NCBI GenBank assembly: GCA_037308085.1
Contig: CP147779.1
Location: 288,001-352,000, forward strand
Direction of reading: 5' to 3'
Length of the DNA: 64,000 nucleotides
Source: Promethearchaeati archaeon SRVP18_Atabeyarchaeia-1
Lineage (GTDB): Archaea > Asgardarchaeota > Atabeyarchaeia > Atabeyarchaeales > Atabeyarchaeaceae
Part shown: one piece after another, positions 1 through 9,400 of the stretch
Position numbering within the stretch: position 1 is the stretch's first letter
Layout: every line of letters begins with the position of its first letter
Notes under the pieces: generated by a model
Told to the model about the DNA's origin: nothing
The model's database searches: none
What the model saw: only the letters and a program-made list of their open reading frames with translations
Position numbers and translations under genes: made by a program

Positions 1-182
1 GGTTTAAAAGTGCGACAGTAAATATATTCACAATGAGTATCAGTCCGGCTACTCGTGCGAAAGAACGGAACGGAGAAATTCCGAAACTAGGGGCAGCTTG
101 GTGCGAAAGTTGTTGGAACTCCCCTAGGAATGCAAATATCAAGAAAATATAGGTCGCGGAAGTACTCGATAGGTGACCGAAC

Positions 183-2432
183 TTGCCATTAGAAAAACTG
201 AGTGAGATTCCTGGTGTAGGGGCGAAAATTGCTGAAAAGCTCGTCGAAGCTCTCGGCAGCGAAGAAGAAGCTCTCAGGGCAATCACAAATGGTGACGCCG
301 CAGCCCTAGCAGCGGTTCCTGGCTTCGGCCATGGCAAAGCCCTCAGAATCATCAGATCATTCTACGAAGCCAGAGAAGGTGTGACCCTGGAGCAGGTAAT
401 GAGAACTCAGGATACCGTGGAGATCTACGATCACATAATGAACATAATCAGATCCTATGCGAGAACTGATTACGCCGGCGACAAGCTCTCACTCTACTTC
501 CCGCTTCCCTCCAGCAAGATTGGGGCTATGGAGGACAGGATATCAAGGTTCAGCGAAGCCAAAAGACTAGTTGAGAAGATTGGCAACGACAAGGCTGCTG
601 CGATCTCAAAATGCCTGACTAGGATTCACGGTTTGAAGCGCTGGTCGGAGAAGAAGCAACTGAAAGGAAGACTAATCATAACAGACAGCGAGGAAATACT
701 GAAGGATCTCGAGAAGAGCCATGTCTCAAGATACTGTACAGTTCGCCATCTCGCCCACGGGGAGGCGCCATCAGAAGAGGGAGCATCATTCTCCGAAGAC
801 ACCGATGGGATCGAGCGAAGAGAGAGGGAAGGGGAGGGAATTGTTGAGCTTTCCAAGGCGTATGATGTCGTAATCTTCATACCTTCCGGTACATCATACT
901 CACCCGTCTTCGACAATATTGACAACTTGGAGCTGATCAAGAAGGAGTGGACTATCGACCAAGTCGCACCTGAGAGCATAATCGACTTCTACTCCACTAA
1001 CACGGATGTCATAAAAGCTATCTGTGAGCTCTCTGAGATTTTCAAGACCATGCCCGAAGAGCGCGCCATGAAGGAGTTCAAATCGGGGCTCGACTCCGAT
1101 GGACTGCGTCAAGTTGCCACGCTGTCTGGTTCTATCACCGACAAAGGAGAAGCGATTGGGGATGCCTATCCCGAACTGGGCAGGTTAAGGAAAGCGATCA
1201 GGAGCTTCAATTCAGTCATAAACGACGTTGAGTCATGGGTCAACGATGAGATAAAGAAACGGGTAGGGGAAAGCAGTGTGACCATTCGCGGGGAGCAAGT
1301 AATCAATATCCTCATGGCTGCAAGAGACGACGCGATACCGCCAGAAGAACTCAACAGATACTTGCCACCAGAAGTCGTACAGGTCGTGACAACTACGTTG
1401 ACCAAAGGAGAAGAAAACATAGTCAGCAAACTCGGCCTGAAAGGCGATGAAGAGTCTCTGGTGGAGGGCGTGATACCTAGAAAAGTGGCGCTCCCCATCG
1501 AAGTGGACAGAAGGAGAGTGAAGGAGCTCGAAGACCTCCTAAGAAGGGAGTACGCGATAAACGAATACCGTGAGCTGAGGAACCTGGCAGGCAAACTTAT
1601 CAAGTACATGAGTGCGGTAGAGAAGGCTCTTCAGACACTTCTAGAGTTCGACCTATTCTTCGCCGTGGGCCAATTTGCCAAGGACTATGGCTTGACTCCG
1701 CCGAAGCTTTCGAAGGACGATTTGGGGGCTGGATTCAGGAATGGAGTGAACATCTTCCTGAAAGAGGAGGAACTCAAGAAGCGCCTTGAGGCAAGACCCA
1801 TCAACTACATCGTTGGAAACGTCCCTCTGGGCGCCCAACTTAAGGGTACTAAAGGCGAAAGGGTTGTCCTGCTGAGTGGTGCGAACTCAGGCGGGAAGAC
1901 TTGCTGCATCCAGACAGTTGCACACGTAGTCATCATGGGACAGATGGGTCTACCAGTCCCAGCCGAAGACGCCTGCATTGGAGTATTTGACGAGATACAC
2001 TACTTCTCAAAGTCGAAAGGAGTCGCGGATGCAGGGGCATTCGAGGCCACTCTCAGAAGCTTCGCTAAGGTAATCCTCAGCCAGAAAAAGAAAATCATCC
2101 TCGTAGATGAGCTTGAGAGTATCACGGAACCTGGCGCAGCAGCGAAGGTCATAGGAGGAGTTCTCGAGAAGCTCAGCGAGAATTCCAATACATGCGCAAT
2201 CTTCGTGAGTCACCTTGCCGAAGAGATCTCTAAGGCAATAAAGACCGCGATAAGGATCGATGGAATTGAGGCAAAGGGCCTAGACCAGAACATGAACCTA
2301 GTCGTTGACAGAAACCCCATATTTAACCACCTCGCAAAAAGCATGCCTCAGCTCATAGTCCAACGCCTCAGCGCGCTCGCAAAGGGGGATGAGAAGGAAA
2401 CTTACGACCACATCCTAGCAAAATTCCGGTAA
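183..2432 (+). CDS. Archaeal MutS-family ATPase with N-terminal helix-hairpin-helix (MutS2/MutS5-like)
   Basis: HhH motifs (IPGVG, VPGFG); C-terminal MutS ATPase SGANSGGKT, GAFE and LVDELE; TTG start after AGGTGA. Confidence 0.85.
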   Translation: MPLEKLSEIPGVGAKIAEKLVEALGSEEEALRAITNGDAAALAAVPGFGHGKALRIIRSFYEAREGVTLEQVMRTQDTVEIYDHIMNIIRSYARTDYAGDKLSLYFPLPSSKIGAMEDRISRFSEAKRLVEKIGNDKAAAISKCLTRIHGLKRWSEKKQLKGRLIITDSEEILKDLEKSHVSRYCTVRHLAHGEAPSEEGASFSEDTDGIERREREGEGIVELSKAYDVVIFIPSGTSYSPVFDNIDNLELIKKEWTIDQVAPESIIDFYSTNTDVIKAICELSEIFKTMPEERAMKEFKSGLDSDGLRQVATLSGSITDKGEAIGDAYPELGRLRKAIRSFNSVINDVESWVNDEIKKRVGESSVTIRGEQVINILMAARDDAIPPEELNRYLPPEVVQVVTTTLTKGEENIVSKLGLKGDEESLVEGVIPRKVALPIEVDRRRVKELEDLLRREYAINEYRELRNLAGKLIKYMSAVEKALQTLLEFDLFFAVGQFAKDYGLTPPKLSKDDLGAGFRNGVNIFLKEEELKKRLEARPINYIVGNVPLGAQLKGTKGERVVLLSGANSGGKTCCIQTVAHVVIMGQMGLPVPAEDACIGVFDEIHYFSKSKGVADAGAFEATLRSFAKVILSQKKKIILVDELESITEPGAAAKVIGGVLEKLSENSNTCAIFVSHLAEEISKAIKTAIRIDGIEAKGLDQNMNLVVDRNPIFNHLAKSMPQLIVQRLSALAKGDEKETYDHILAKFR

Positions 2433-2511
2433 GTACCAGACACCGTTCACGTATTCTGGCGAGTGCAAAGCGCAAATCACGAGTTGTCTAGAGGAGAAGA
2501 GAGGGAGACTC

Positions 2512-3348
2512 ATGAGCACATCCGCAGGAAGCTCTGGAACTTCTATCCCGAATCCTCCGATAATAGCACTCCTGTCAGATTTTGGATTGAATGATCCATA
2601 CGTGGCTTCTATGAAGGGTGTAATACTGTCGATTTGCAGGAGAGCGGTATTGATAGACATTACACACGCGGTGGCTAAATTCAATGCGCAGCAGGGAGCA
2701 TACTTGCTGGCTGCTACTGTCTCTTATTTCCCTCCTGGAACAATCCACGTTTGTGTGGTGGATCCTGAGGTCGGCACGGAGCGCAAGGCGCTCCTGATCA
2801 AAACCAGGAGAAGTTACCTTGTAGGGCCGGATAATGGAGTTCTGATCCCTGCAGCCGACAAAGAAGGGCTTGAGAGGGTTATTGAAATAAGAAACCGTAA
2901 GTATGTGTTGGGTCGCATCTCCTCAACGTTCCACGGAAGGGACATATTTGCATCTGTGGCAGGGCATCTGGCGGAAGGCGTCTCAGCAGCCGAGTTTGGC
3001 CCAGAGATAGAGGAGTACGTCCGTCAGAAACCCTCGAAGCCCCTGGTATCAAGAGATAGAGCGGTGGGACAGATAATCCACATAGACGGTTTCGGAAACA
3101 TTGTAACAAATATCTCGCCTGATGAGCTTAATGAATTGAAGATAAGGGCTGGCTCCATGATTAGCGTTGGCATTGGGCTAGTCACTAAGAGAATGAAGTT
3201 CTGCTCAACCTATAATGAAGTGGATGTAGGCGAGCACCTCGCGTTGGTAGGAAGTACTGGATTCCTTGAAGTATCCGTCAATAGAGGAAACGCCTCCTCA
3301 ATTCATAATGCACAGGAGGGATCCCAGGTAACTGTTTCAAGCAATTAG
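2512..3348 (+). CDS. SAM hydroxide adenosyltransferase / chlorinase-fluorinase family (DUF62)
   Basis: LLSDFG, VVDPEVG, GPDNG, TFHGRDIF and HIDGFGN motifs. Confidence 0.92.
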   Translation: MSTSAGSSGTSIPNPPIIALLSDFGLNDPYVASMKGVILSICRRAVLIDITHAVAKFNAQQGAYLLAATVSYFPPGTIHVCVVDPEVGTERKALLIKTRRSYLVGPDNGVLIPAADKEGLERVIEIRNRKYVLGRISSTFHGRDIFASVAGHLAEGVSAAEFGPEIEEYVRQKPSKPLVSRDRAVGQIIHIDGFGNIVTNISPDELNELKIRAGSMISVGIGLVTKRMKFCSTYNEVDVGEHLALVGSTGFLEVSVNRGNASSIHNAQEGSQVTVSSN

Positions 3349-3435
3349 TCAAGGAGCGCGCGTAGTCATGGTCTTGGGTAATTCTTAGGTATAAGAAATG
3401 GAGAAGAAATCTGGCAACTGAGTTGTAGAGATATG

Positions 3436-3443
3436 TATTTAAA
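3436..3443 (+). promoter_or_regulatory. Putative TATA box upstream of the nadM leader
   Basis: TATTTAAA about 140 nt upstream of the nadM ATG. Confidence 0.4.
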
Positions 3444-3582
3444 GACGCCCAGTTTACTATTCGCATGTCCGCATGGTGATGTTCTTTCCTAGACAAAGCA
3501 AAAGAGCCAATGCTCTCCCGGAACACTTCAGAGCTCGTCAGGGACATCATTGTCCGTGTGTTCCCAAGAGGCGAATGTGGCA

Positions 3583-4122
3583 ATGGTTAACAGGGGATTG
3601 TTCGTTGGGAGATTTCAGCCCTTTCATAAGGGTCACCTGCACGTGATCCAAGATATCCTCAAGCAGGTTGGCGAAGTCATTGTAGCCATTGGGAGTGCTC
3701 AGTGTAGCCACACATCTGAGGACCCTTTTACTGCAGGCGAGCGAATAGACATGATTAGAAGATCGCTGATTGCTCAGCATATTGACCCCTCGAAGTATCT
3801 CCTGATCCCCATCACCGACGTGAATGACAATCGGCTCTGGGTTTCCCACGTGACTACTCTGGTCCCGCACTTCGACGTAGTGTTTAGCAACAAGCCCCTG
3901 GTGAGAATACTGTTCTCTGAGGCTGGATTCAAGGTTCAATCTATCGAATTCTTCCACAGAGAGGAATACTCAGCGACTGAAATACGAAGCAAGATCGTTA
4001 GGCAAGACGAAGAGTGGAAGAACCTTGTACCAAAAGAAGTTGTTGACTTCCTTCTTTCTATCAAAGGAGACGAAAGGCTAAGAGCAGTTGCAGCAACTGA
4101 TACTCTACATGGCAAGATGTGA
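3583..4122 (+). CDS. nadM: Nicotinamide-nucleotide adenylyltransferase
   Basis: GRFQPFHKGH, DPFTAGER and SATEIR motifs; ATG at 3583 preferred over TTG at 3550. Confidence 0.93.
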   Translation: MVNRGLFVGRFQPFHKGHLHVIQDILKQVGEVIVAIGSAQCSHTSEDPFTAGERIDMIRRSLIAQHIDPSKYLLIPITDVNDNRLWVSHVTTLVPHFDVVFSNKPLVRILFSEAGFKVQSIEFFHREEYSATEIRSKIVRQDEEWKNLVPKEVVDFLLSIKGDERLRAVAATDTLHGKM

Positions 4123-4152
4123 GCGCATGTGACAGGGTGCCGCGATGCTCCA

Positions 4153-4545
4153 TCAATGCTGGGTTGCCTTGCGCAGGTCTTCTCCCTTTACGAGATACTT
4201 CCTCAAGTCTATTCTGCCTGCACTGTCAACACTCACGCCCTCTTCCCTAAGCATCTTAATCTTTCTCTCAACGTTTTCGCCTGAAGTCTCGCCGCTGAAA
4301 CCGCCAATGTCGCCAGAAGATCTGATTACTCTGTGGCAAGGTACCTTGGGGGCGAAGGGGTTGTCTCTTGCTGCATTGCCAACGGCCCTGCTGAACTTGG
4401 ATCCGCCCATGGCCTTTGCAAGTTCCCCGTAGGTCGTCACCTTTCCCCTGGGGATCTTGGTCATTAACTCATAGACCCTTTTTTGAAAATCTATTACCTC
4501 TTTCATTTCTCGTGAACACATCTCCCTGCTCTGAACCGTCTCCAA
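4153..4545 (-). CDS. ogt: O6-methylguanine-DNA methyltransferase (MGMT family)
   Basis: IPRGKVTTYG, RAVG and the active-site PCHRV. Confidence 0.9.
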   Translation of the reverse strand: METVQSREMCSREMKEVIDFQKRVYELMTKIPRGKVTTYGELAKAMGGSKFSRAVGNAARDNPFAPKVPCHRVIRSSGDIGGFSGETSGENVERKIKMLREEGVSVDSAGRIDLRKYLVKGEDLRKATQH

Positions 4546-4675
4546 TACTGGAAAGTTAGTGACCCGTCCTAAATAGACATATTCTGGGCATTTGAATATA
4601 AGCTTCCATATAGATTAAGGGAGATGGCATAATGCTGATTCTCGGATATCGTCAGCCTCGAGTGGGTCTCTGCTC

Positions 4676-5740
4676 TTACCTGTTTCTCTTAAATCCTACG
4701 CCGTTGCAGGATATGATCCGGTTACTATTCACCTGGCTGATCGTGAATTCTGTATTCACGAATTCCTTAACGATTGCCATATTGGTCTTCGTGTGAAGCG
4801 ACAGATCTGAGGCCAACATGGTTGATTTGCCGCTCGCCAAGGCAATGTAGGGAATCATCATATCTGATAAGTTAAGGTCGACGGCGCACCTCCTGTCCAA
4901 CAAGCCAATCAACTTGGTGGCTGCCTCAATGCCGACTTCCTCGGCAGGTTTACCCTTCTCGCCAAGGCAATCAGCTCCAATCCGCGCATTACTGGTTGTA
5001 GATGCGCACAAGGCTATTCCGCTGCCTGGACCGAGGTGGGATATTTGATCGTCCATGTGCCAAACTTCTATCTCGACGTTCCTGTATCCATTGCTAATTA
5101 GCTTCTCTCTTGCCGCATCCGCTTGTCTGGTGGCAACGTGTCTAGGTAGCTTGACGGCGTGACTTACTCCCTTGATGCTATCCACCTCTCCGAACTCATC
5201 GAGTCTGATCGATGCCAGCCTGTCTGGAACCGGAGCGATCGTGACTTTGACTGTTCCCCCACCCCTTGGGTAGTGACCTCTCTTAACCAGCTGAGTGGTA
5301 ATTTGGCAACCCATCCTTCGGATTATCGGAATAAAAACCAACTCAATGAAATCAAAACTCGGGCTAAAAGGCACGTCCGTCCCACCAGTCAATTCGAGCG
5401 AGACCCCACTTGGGGCGAAACAAGCAACTGGAGCCAGAGCCTGCAGGATCAGAGATACACTTCCAGCGGTACCCACGTCGATCTTGAAGTGGTCGCCCCT
5501 AATCTGCTTAGGGTGAAACTCTATTGACTGCGATCCTCTTTGGAGACCTTCCACCTTCGCGTCGACAAGTCTGGCTATGGCATCGACAGCAGAAATGTGC
5601 TGCGCCTGTAGCCCGGGGTTCTCTCGCTTCGCCCTTATTCTTGTCACCTTAACGGGATCCCCAGTCAAGGCTGACATGGCGACTGAGGTTCTCAGTATTT
5701 GACCACCGCCTTCTAGGAGACTTCCATCAATCTCGATCAT
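4676..5740 (-). CDS. rtcA: RNA 3'-terminal phosphate cyclase
   Basis: IDGSLLEGGGQILR, GGTDVP, YPRGGG and the catalytic His in SLHTKTN. Confidence 0.95.
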   Translation of the reverse strand: MIEIDGSLLEGGGQILRTSVAMSALTGDPVKVTRIRAKRENPGLQAQHISAVDAIARLVDAKVEGLQRGSQSIEFHPKQIRGDHFKIDVGTAGSVSLILQALAPVACFAPSGVSLELTGGTDVPFSPSFDFIELVFIPIIRRMGCQITTQLVKRGHYPRGGGTVKVTIAPVPDRLASIRLDEFGEVDSIKGVSHAVKLPRHVATRQADAAREKLISNGYRNVEIEVWHMDDQISHLGPGSGIALCASTTSNARIGADCLGEKGKPAEEVGIEAATKLIGLLDRRCAVDLNLSDMMIPYIALASGKSTMLASDLSLHTKTNMAIVKEFVNTEFTISQVNSNRIISCNGVGFKRNR

Positions 5741-6819
5741 TTGCCTGAATCACCACGTTCCGAGCCAAGCGCCCCTTCTTGTACGCAGCTATCTTGCACA
5801 AGCGCATCAAAGACTGTGTTGACAAGGGTGTCTATGCCCTTCCCTGTCAGAGCGCTGACTTCGAATATTGTTTTCTCGTCTGGAAGCGACTTTCTCACTT
5901 TGCTGAGCTGCTCCTCTGTGAGTATGTCAATCTTGTTTACAACTATAATGTGTGGAGTTTCCTTGAAGAGGTCTCTTATTTCCCTTGAGATGTTGATCTG
6001 GGTCTCCATTGAGTATCCGCACACTTCGGAGGGATCGAATAAGAAGACTATCATCTTTGCGAGGTATCTGAGGGCTATGATAGCTTGTAACTCGAGTGGG
6101 TTTCTCCTGCTTACCGGTCGATCCAGTAGACCTGGTGTGTCTATTACCTGGACGCGTCTCTTACCACGCGTGAGATGCCCGATGACCAGGTTCTTGGTTG
6201 TAAATGGATATTCGGCAACCTCGGGCTTAGCCGATGATATCAGACGAACCAGTGATGATTTGCCGACGTTCGGGGCACCGGAGACTACTACCGTTGGTTC
6301 ATACGGGTTAATCGATACGATCTTTCTCAGCTTGTTTCTTGCGTCGCCGAGCAGCTCCAGCCTGCCACCAGCTTTGTTGATCACTGAGGACAAGCGGCCG
6401 TAGCATGCTCTCCTCAACCCCTTTAGTTCGGTAAATGTCTGAGCAGACTTGGTTCTGCGAATGAAATCTCGACTTACGTTCTTGATGACTTGCCGATATC
6501 CGTCTATTCCCCCGATTGCTTCCTTCAGCTTGTCCAAGCCGATTGTGACGTCTGCGATTTCCTTGTAGAAAGTGTCAACAGAGTCCAGTGATGGGAATTC
6601 CTTCACGATACTTGTGAACTGCTCGAGCATGACCCTAGAGGCGGTCTCCAGCTTCGAGGATTCAAGGATCTTTGCCCTATAGAGCCTGTCAATGATCCTT
6701 CTACTGATCGTTGGTCTTGTCTTGTTGGCCTTTCTGAAAGATAAGTCCAGTACTTCCTGGCTGGTCGGGACTCTCGGGAGTTTTGCAAATGGATTCATTT
6801 TTATGACGCGACCTTCCAC
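5737..6819 (-). CDS. NOG1-family (OBG) ribosome biogenesis GTPase
   Basis: GAPNVGKSS, YPFTT, DTPGLLDR and NKID motifs. Confidence 0.93.
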   Translation of the reverse strand: MEGRVIKMNPFAKLPRVPTSQEVLDLSFRKANKTRPTISRRIIDRLYRAKILESSKLETASRVMLEQFTSIVKEFPSLDSVDTFYKEIADVTIGLDKLKEAIGGIDGYRQVIKNVSRDFIRRTKSAQTFTELKGLRRACYGRLSSVINKAGGRLELLGDARNKLRKIVSINPYEPTVVVSGAPNVGKSSLVRLISSAKPEVAEYPFTTKNLVIGHLTRGKRRVQVIDTPGLLDRPVSRRNPLELQAIIALRYLAKMIVFLFDPSEVCGYSMETQINISREIRDLFKETPHIIVVNKIDILTEEQLSKVRKSLPDEKTIFEVSALTGKGIDTLVNTVFDALVQDSCVQEGALGSERGDSGK

Positions 6820-6890
6820 ATAGTATATGTCATCGAGATAAACTCTTAAATACGATTCTAGATTATCCTTGAAGCCAAGGTGATCTAATC

Positions 6891-7520
6891 ATGAACTTGC
6901 CATCTGATGCCGCGCAACAGCAAATCGAGATTCCTCTGGGCGCAACTACGATAGGTCTGGTCTGCAAGGATGGAGTGGTTCTTGCCAGCGAGCGCAGAGT
7001 AGCGTGGGGGACTTTCGTCCTAAGCAAGGCGGGGAAGAAGGTCTTCAAGATAGCTGACAAGATTGGGGTCGCCTGCGCGGGCTTGATGTCAGACATGCAG
7101 GTACTCGCACGCACGATGGGAGCGCAGGCTGCGTTGTACTTACTCGACATGAGAAGGCCTATGCCAGTTAAGGCTGCCGCGAAACTCTTGTCGAACATCC
7201 TGTTCGAGAGAAGGGGCTCGCCACTCTTTACGCAAACAATAATAGCTGGCGTGGACGATGGTGGCCCGCGGATGTTCATCCTCGATCTCCTTGGCTCGTT
7301 GATCGAAGATAAGTATGCTGCAGTTGGAAGTGGGGCTCAAGTGGCAATTGGTGTTCTCGAGGCCGAGTACAAGGAAAGCATCACCGTGGAACAAGGAAAG
7401 GAAATCGTGATCAGGGCGATCAGATCAGCGATCGAAAGAGATGCAGCGTCGGGTAACGGCGTTGACATTCTGACCATAACAAAGAGCGAAACTTCTGAGA
7501 TCTCCGAGAGTCTGAAATGA
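6891..7520 (+). CDS. psmB: Proteasome beta subunit
   Basis: Propeptide followed by GATTIG; GSG and RDAASG motifs. Confidence 0.93.
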   Translation: MNLPSDAAQQQIEIPLGATTIGLVCKDGVVLASERRVAWGTFVLSKAGKKVFKIADKIGVACAGLMSDMQVLARTMGAQAALYLLDMRRPMPVKAAAKLLSNILFERRGSPLFTQTIIAGVDDGGPRMFILDLLGSLIEDKYAAVGSGAQVAIGVLEAEYKESITVEQGKEIVIRAIRSAIERDAASGNGVDILTITKSETSEISESLK

Positions 7521-7573
7521 GATAGCATTTCCGAAAAAAGCATCTCCCATTTTTCTTGAAGCAGAAGACTATG

Positions 7574-8560
7574 TTATTGATCGAACCTTACCGGCTTCTC
7601 CAGCCTGCTTAGTAACGCCACTTCACTTTTCAGTACATCATCCAATATCCTGTAGCCAGTAATTTCTGAGAGCCTCTTAGAGAAATCCATTATTTCCCAG
7701 TGTTTGGGCATGTGTTCGTATTTCATTCTGCCAGTCTGCAGACCGTACCCGACATTCATCGCTCCCTTGGGCTCAACATACGTGCTATTCCCTTTCATAA
7801 CGAGTTTGGCATAGCCCTCTGGATCCTTCAGATTGAGACCTCGGGCAAGCGTCATCCGGATGACCGTGGGGCACTTGAAACTTCGAAGCAATTCTATGCT
7901 CTCCAGGAGCCTTTTCCAGCCATCGCCTAGCCTGGGTCTGCATACTCTCCTGTATGTTTCCTCGTCGGGGGCGCAGACGCTCAGATATAGTTGCGAGGGT
8001 TCAACTGAGAGGTTCGACAGGACTTCGGGGAATGTCCCGTTGCTGACTAGGAAGATTGTCTTGAAGCCTCGTTTGAATGCCTCCTCGAACGCAGTACTCA
8101 GCCTCTCGGCGCCGTAGAGTGTGGGCTCCCCGACAAGTGACGCTGTGAGGTGATTAGGAGCCATGGCGTCTTCCAGCATCTCTCTGCTCACCTTGCGGTT
8201 GGAGCCATAGCCTGTTAGAATTCTCTTGTGTTCCCTAATGCATGAATCGATGAGCTCCTTGGGATCATCGTATTCGGACCAGCTCAGCTCATCCCACTTT
8301 AGCCCAAGGTCAGTAGGTTGGACACGCCAGCAGAACAGGCATGCCTGGGAGCAAGCAGGCACGGGAGTGAATTGCACACATTTATGGGACCTGATTCCAT
8401 AGAACCTCTGCTTATAGCAGTGATCTTGACCCTGGCTGGTCAGCGACTTCCAGAGCCACCTGCAGGGCTTCACAAGCCCGCTTTTCCCAATGAAGTGATA
8501 CCGCTGGTACCGCAATGCTTTCTTCAATTCCAGAGGAAGCGACAAGTAGTAGCACACCAC
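7574..8560 (-). CDS. taw1: 4-demethylwyosine synthase (radical SAM, TYW1/Taw1)
   Basis: KPCRW, CYKQRFYGI, CSQACLFCWR, GEPTLY and EPKG motifs. Confidence 0.93.
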   Translation of the reverse strand: MVCYYLSLPLELKKALRYQRYHFIGKSGLVKPCRWLWKSLTSQGQDHCYKQRFYGIRSHKCVQFTPVPACSQACLFCWRVQPTDLGLKWDELSWSEYDDPKELIDSCIREHKRILTGYGSNRKVSREMLEDAMAPNHLTASLVGEPTLYGAERLSTAFEEAFKRGFKTIFLVSNGTFPEVLSNLSVEPSQLYLSVCAPDEETYRRVCRPRLGDGWKRLLESIELLRSFKCPTVIRMTLARGLNLKDPEGYAKLVMKGNSTYVEPKGAMNVGYGLQTGRMKYEHMPKHWEIMDFSKRLSEITGYRILDDVLKSEVALLSRLEKPVRFDQ

Positions 8561-8669
8561 AGATTCAATGGAGCCGATGTTTAAATATTGTTTTGTGTTC
8601 TCTATTAGGGGAGACTTCGTAATAGGAGCCCCTTAACTCTGACCCAGTTTGCAATAGGTGATTTGACCC

Positions 8670-9311
8670 ATGAAGTTGGAGGAGATTATTGACGAGGTGC
8701 GGGAGAATCTGGATAAGCGAGATGAGGCGCGAGAGAGAGTCTTTGACCTAACTAGGCAGGCTATAAGACTCTGCGCGACCACGATCAAGTCTATTCACAG
8801 GAAGGAATTCGATCTTGCCGAGCAGAATATCTCCAAGATCAAGGAATCACTTGGAGACGTAGTTAGTAGCCTCGACAGCGTTCCAGAACTACTTCACTCA
8901 GGAATGGTGAACTCGGCTTTCCAAGAGTACTCAGAAGCCGCGCTCCTTATGTCCTTGGTCAAGGATGGCAAATATGCTTCGCCCGAGGAATTGTCAGTCC
9001 CATTCTTCGACGCTTACGTTCTGGGGTTAGCGGATCTTATTGGTGAGCTGAGGAGAAGCGCTCTTGATGCCGTATGCGCGGAGAACACTGAACAGGCTGT
9101 GACCGCTCTTGACAGTATGGACGAGATACTTGCAAACCTCGTCACACTGGACTACCCAGAAGCGATAATCCCGGGGTTGAGACACAAGTGCGACGTCGCA
9201 CGTAACCTAGTGGAGAAAACTCGCGGGGACATAGCCAACTCCGTCAGCAACCAGAAGTTGGTTCAAGAGATAAAGAAGCTGAATGAAAAGTTGGATGGCA
9301 TGAAGCTCTAA
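8670..9311 (+). CDS. Translin/TRAX-family RNA-binding nuclease
   Basis: QEYSEA and YVLGLADLIGELRR translin signature. Confidence 0.88.
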   Translation: MKLEEIIDEVRENLDKRDEARERVFDLTRQAIRLCATTIKSIHRKEFDLAEQNISKIKESLGDVVSSLDSVPELLHSGMVNSAFQEYSEAALLMSLVKDGKYASPEELSVPFFDAYVLGLADLIGELRRSALDAVCAENTEQAVTALDSMDEILANLVTLDYPEAIIPGLRHKCDVARNLVEKTRGDIANSVSNQKLVQEIKKLNEKLDGMKL

Positions 9312-9400
9312 GCACGGATGCATATTCTGTTTCTTCCTTCGAAGACTCCGTGCGCCGCCAATTGCTCTCTATCCTTGGAATGGGGGTGAAATAACCAGAA

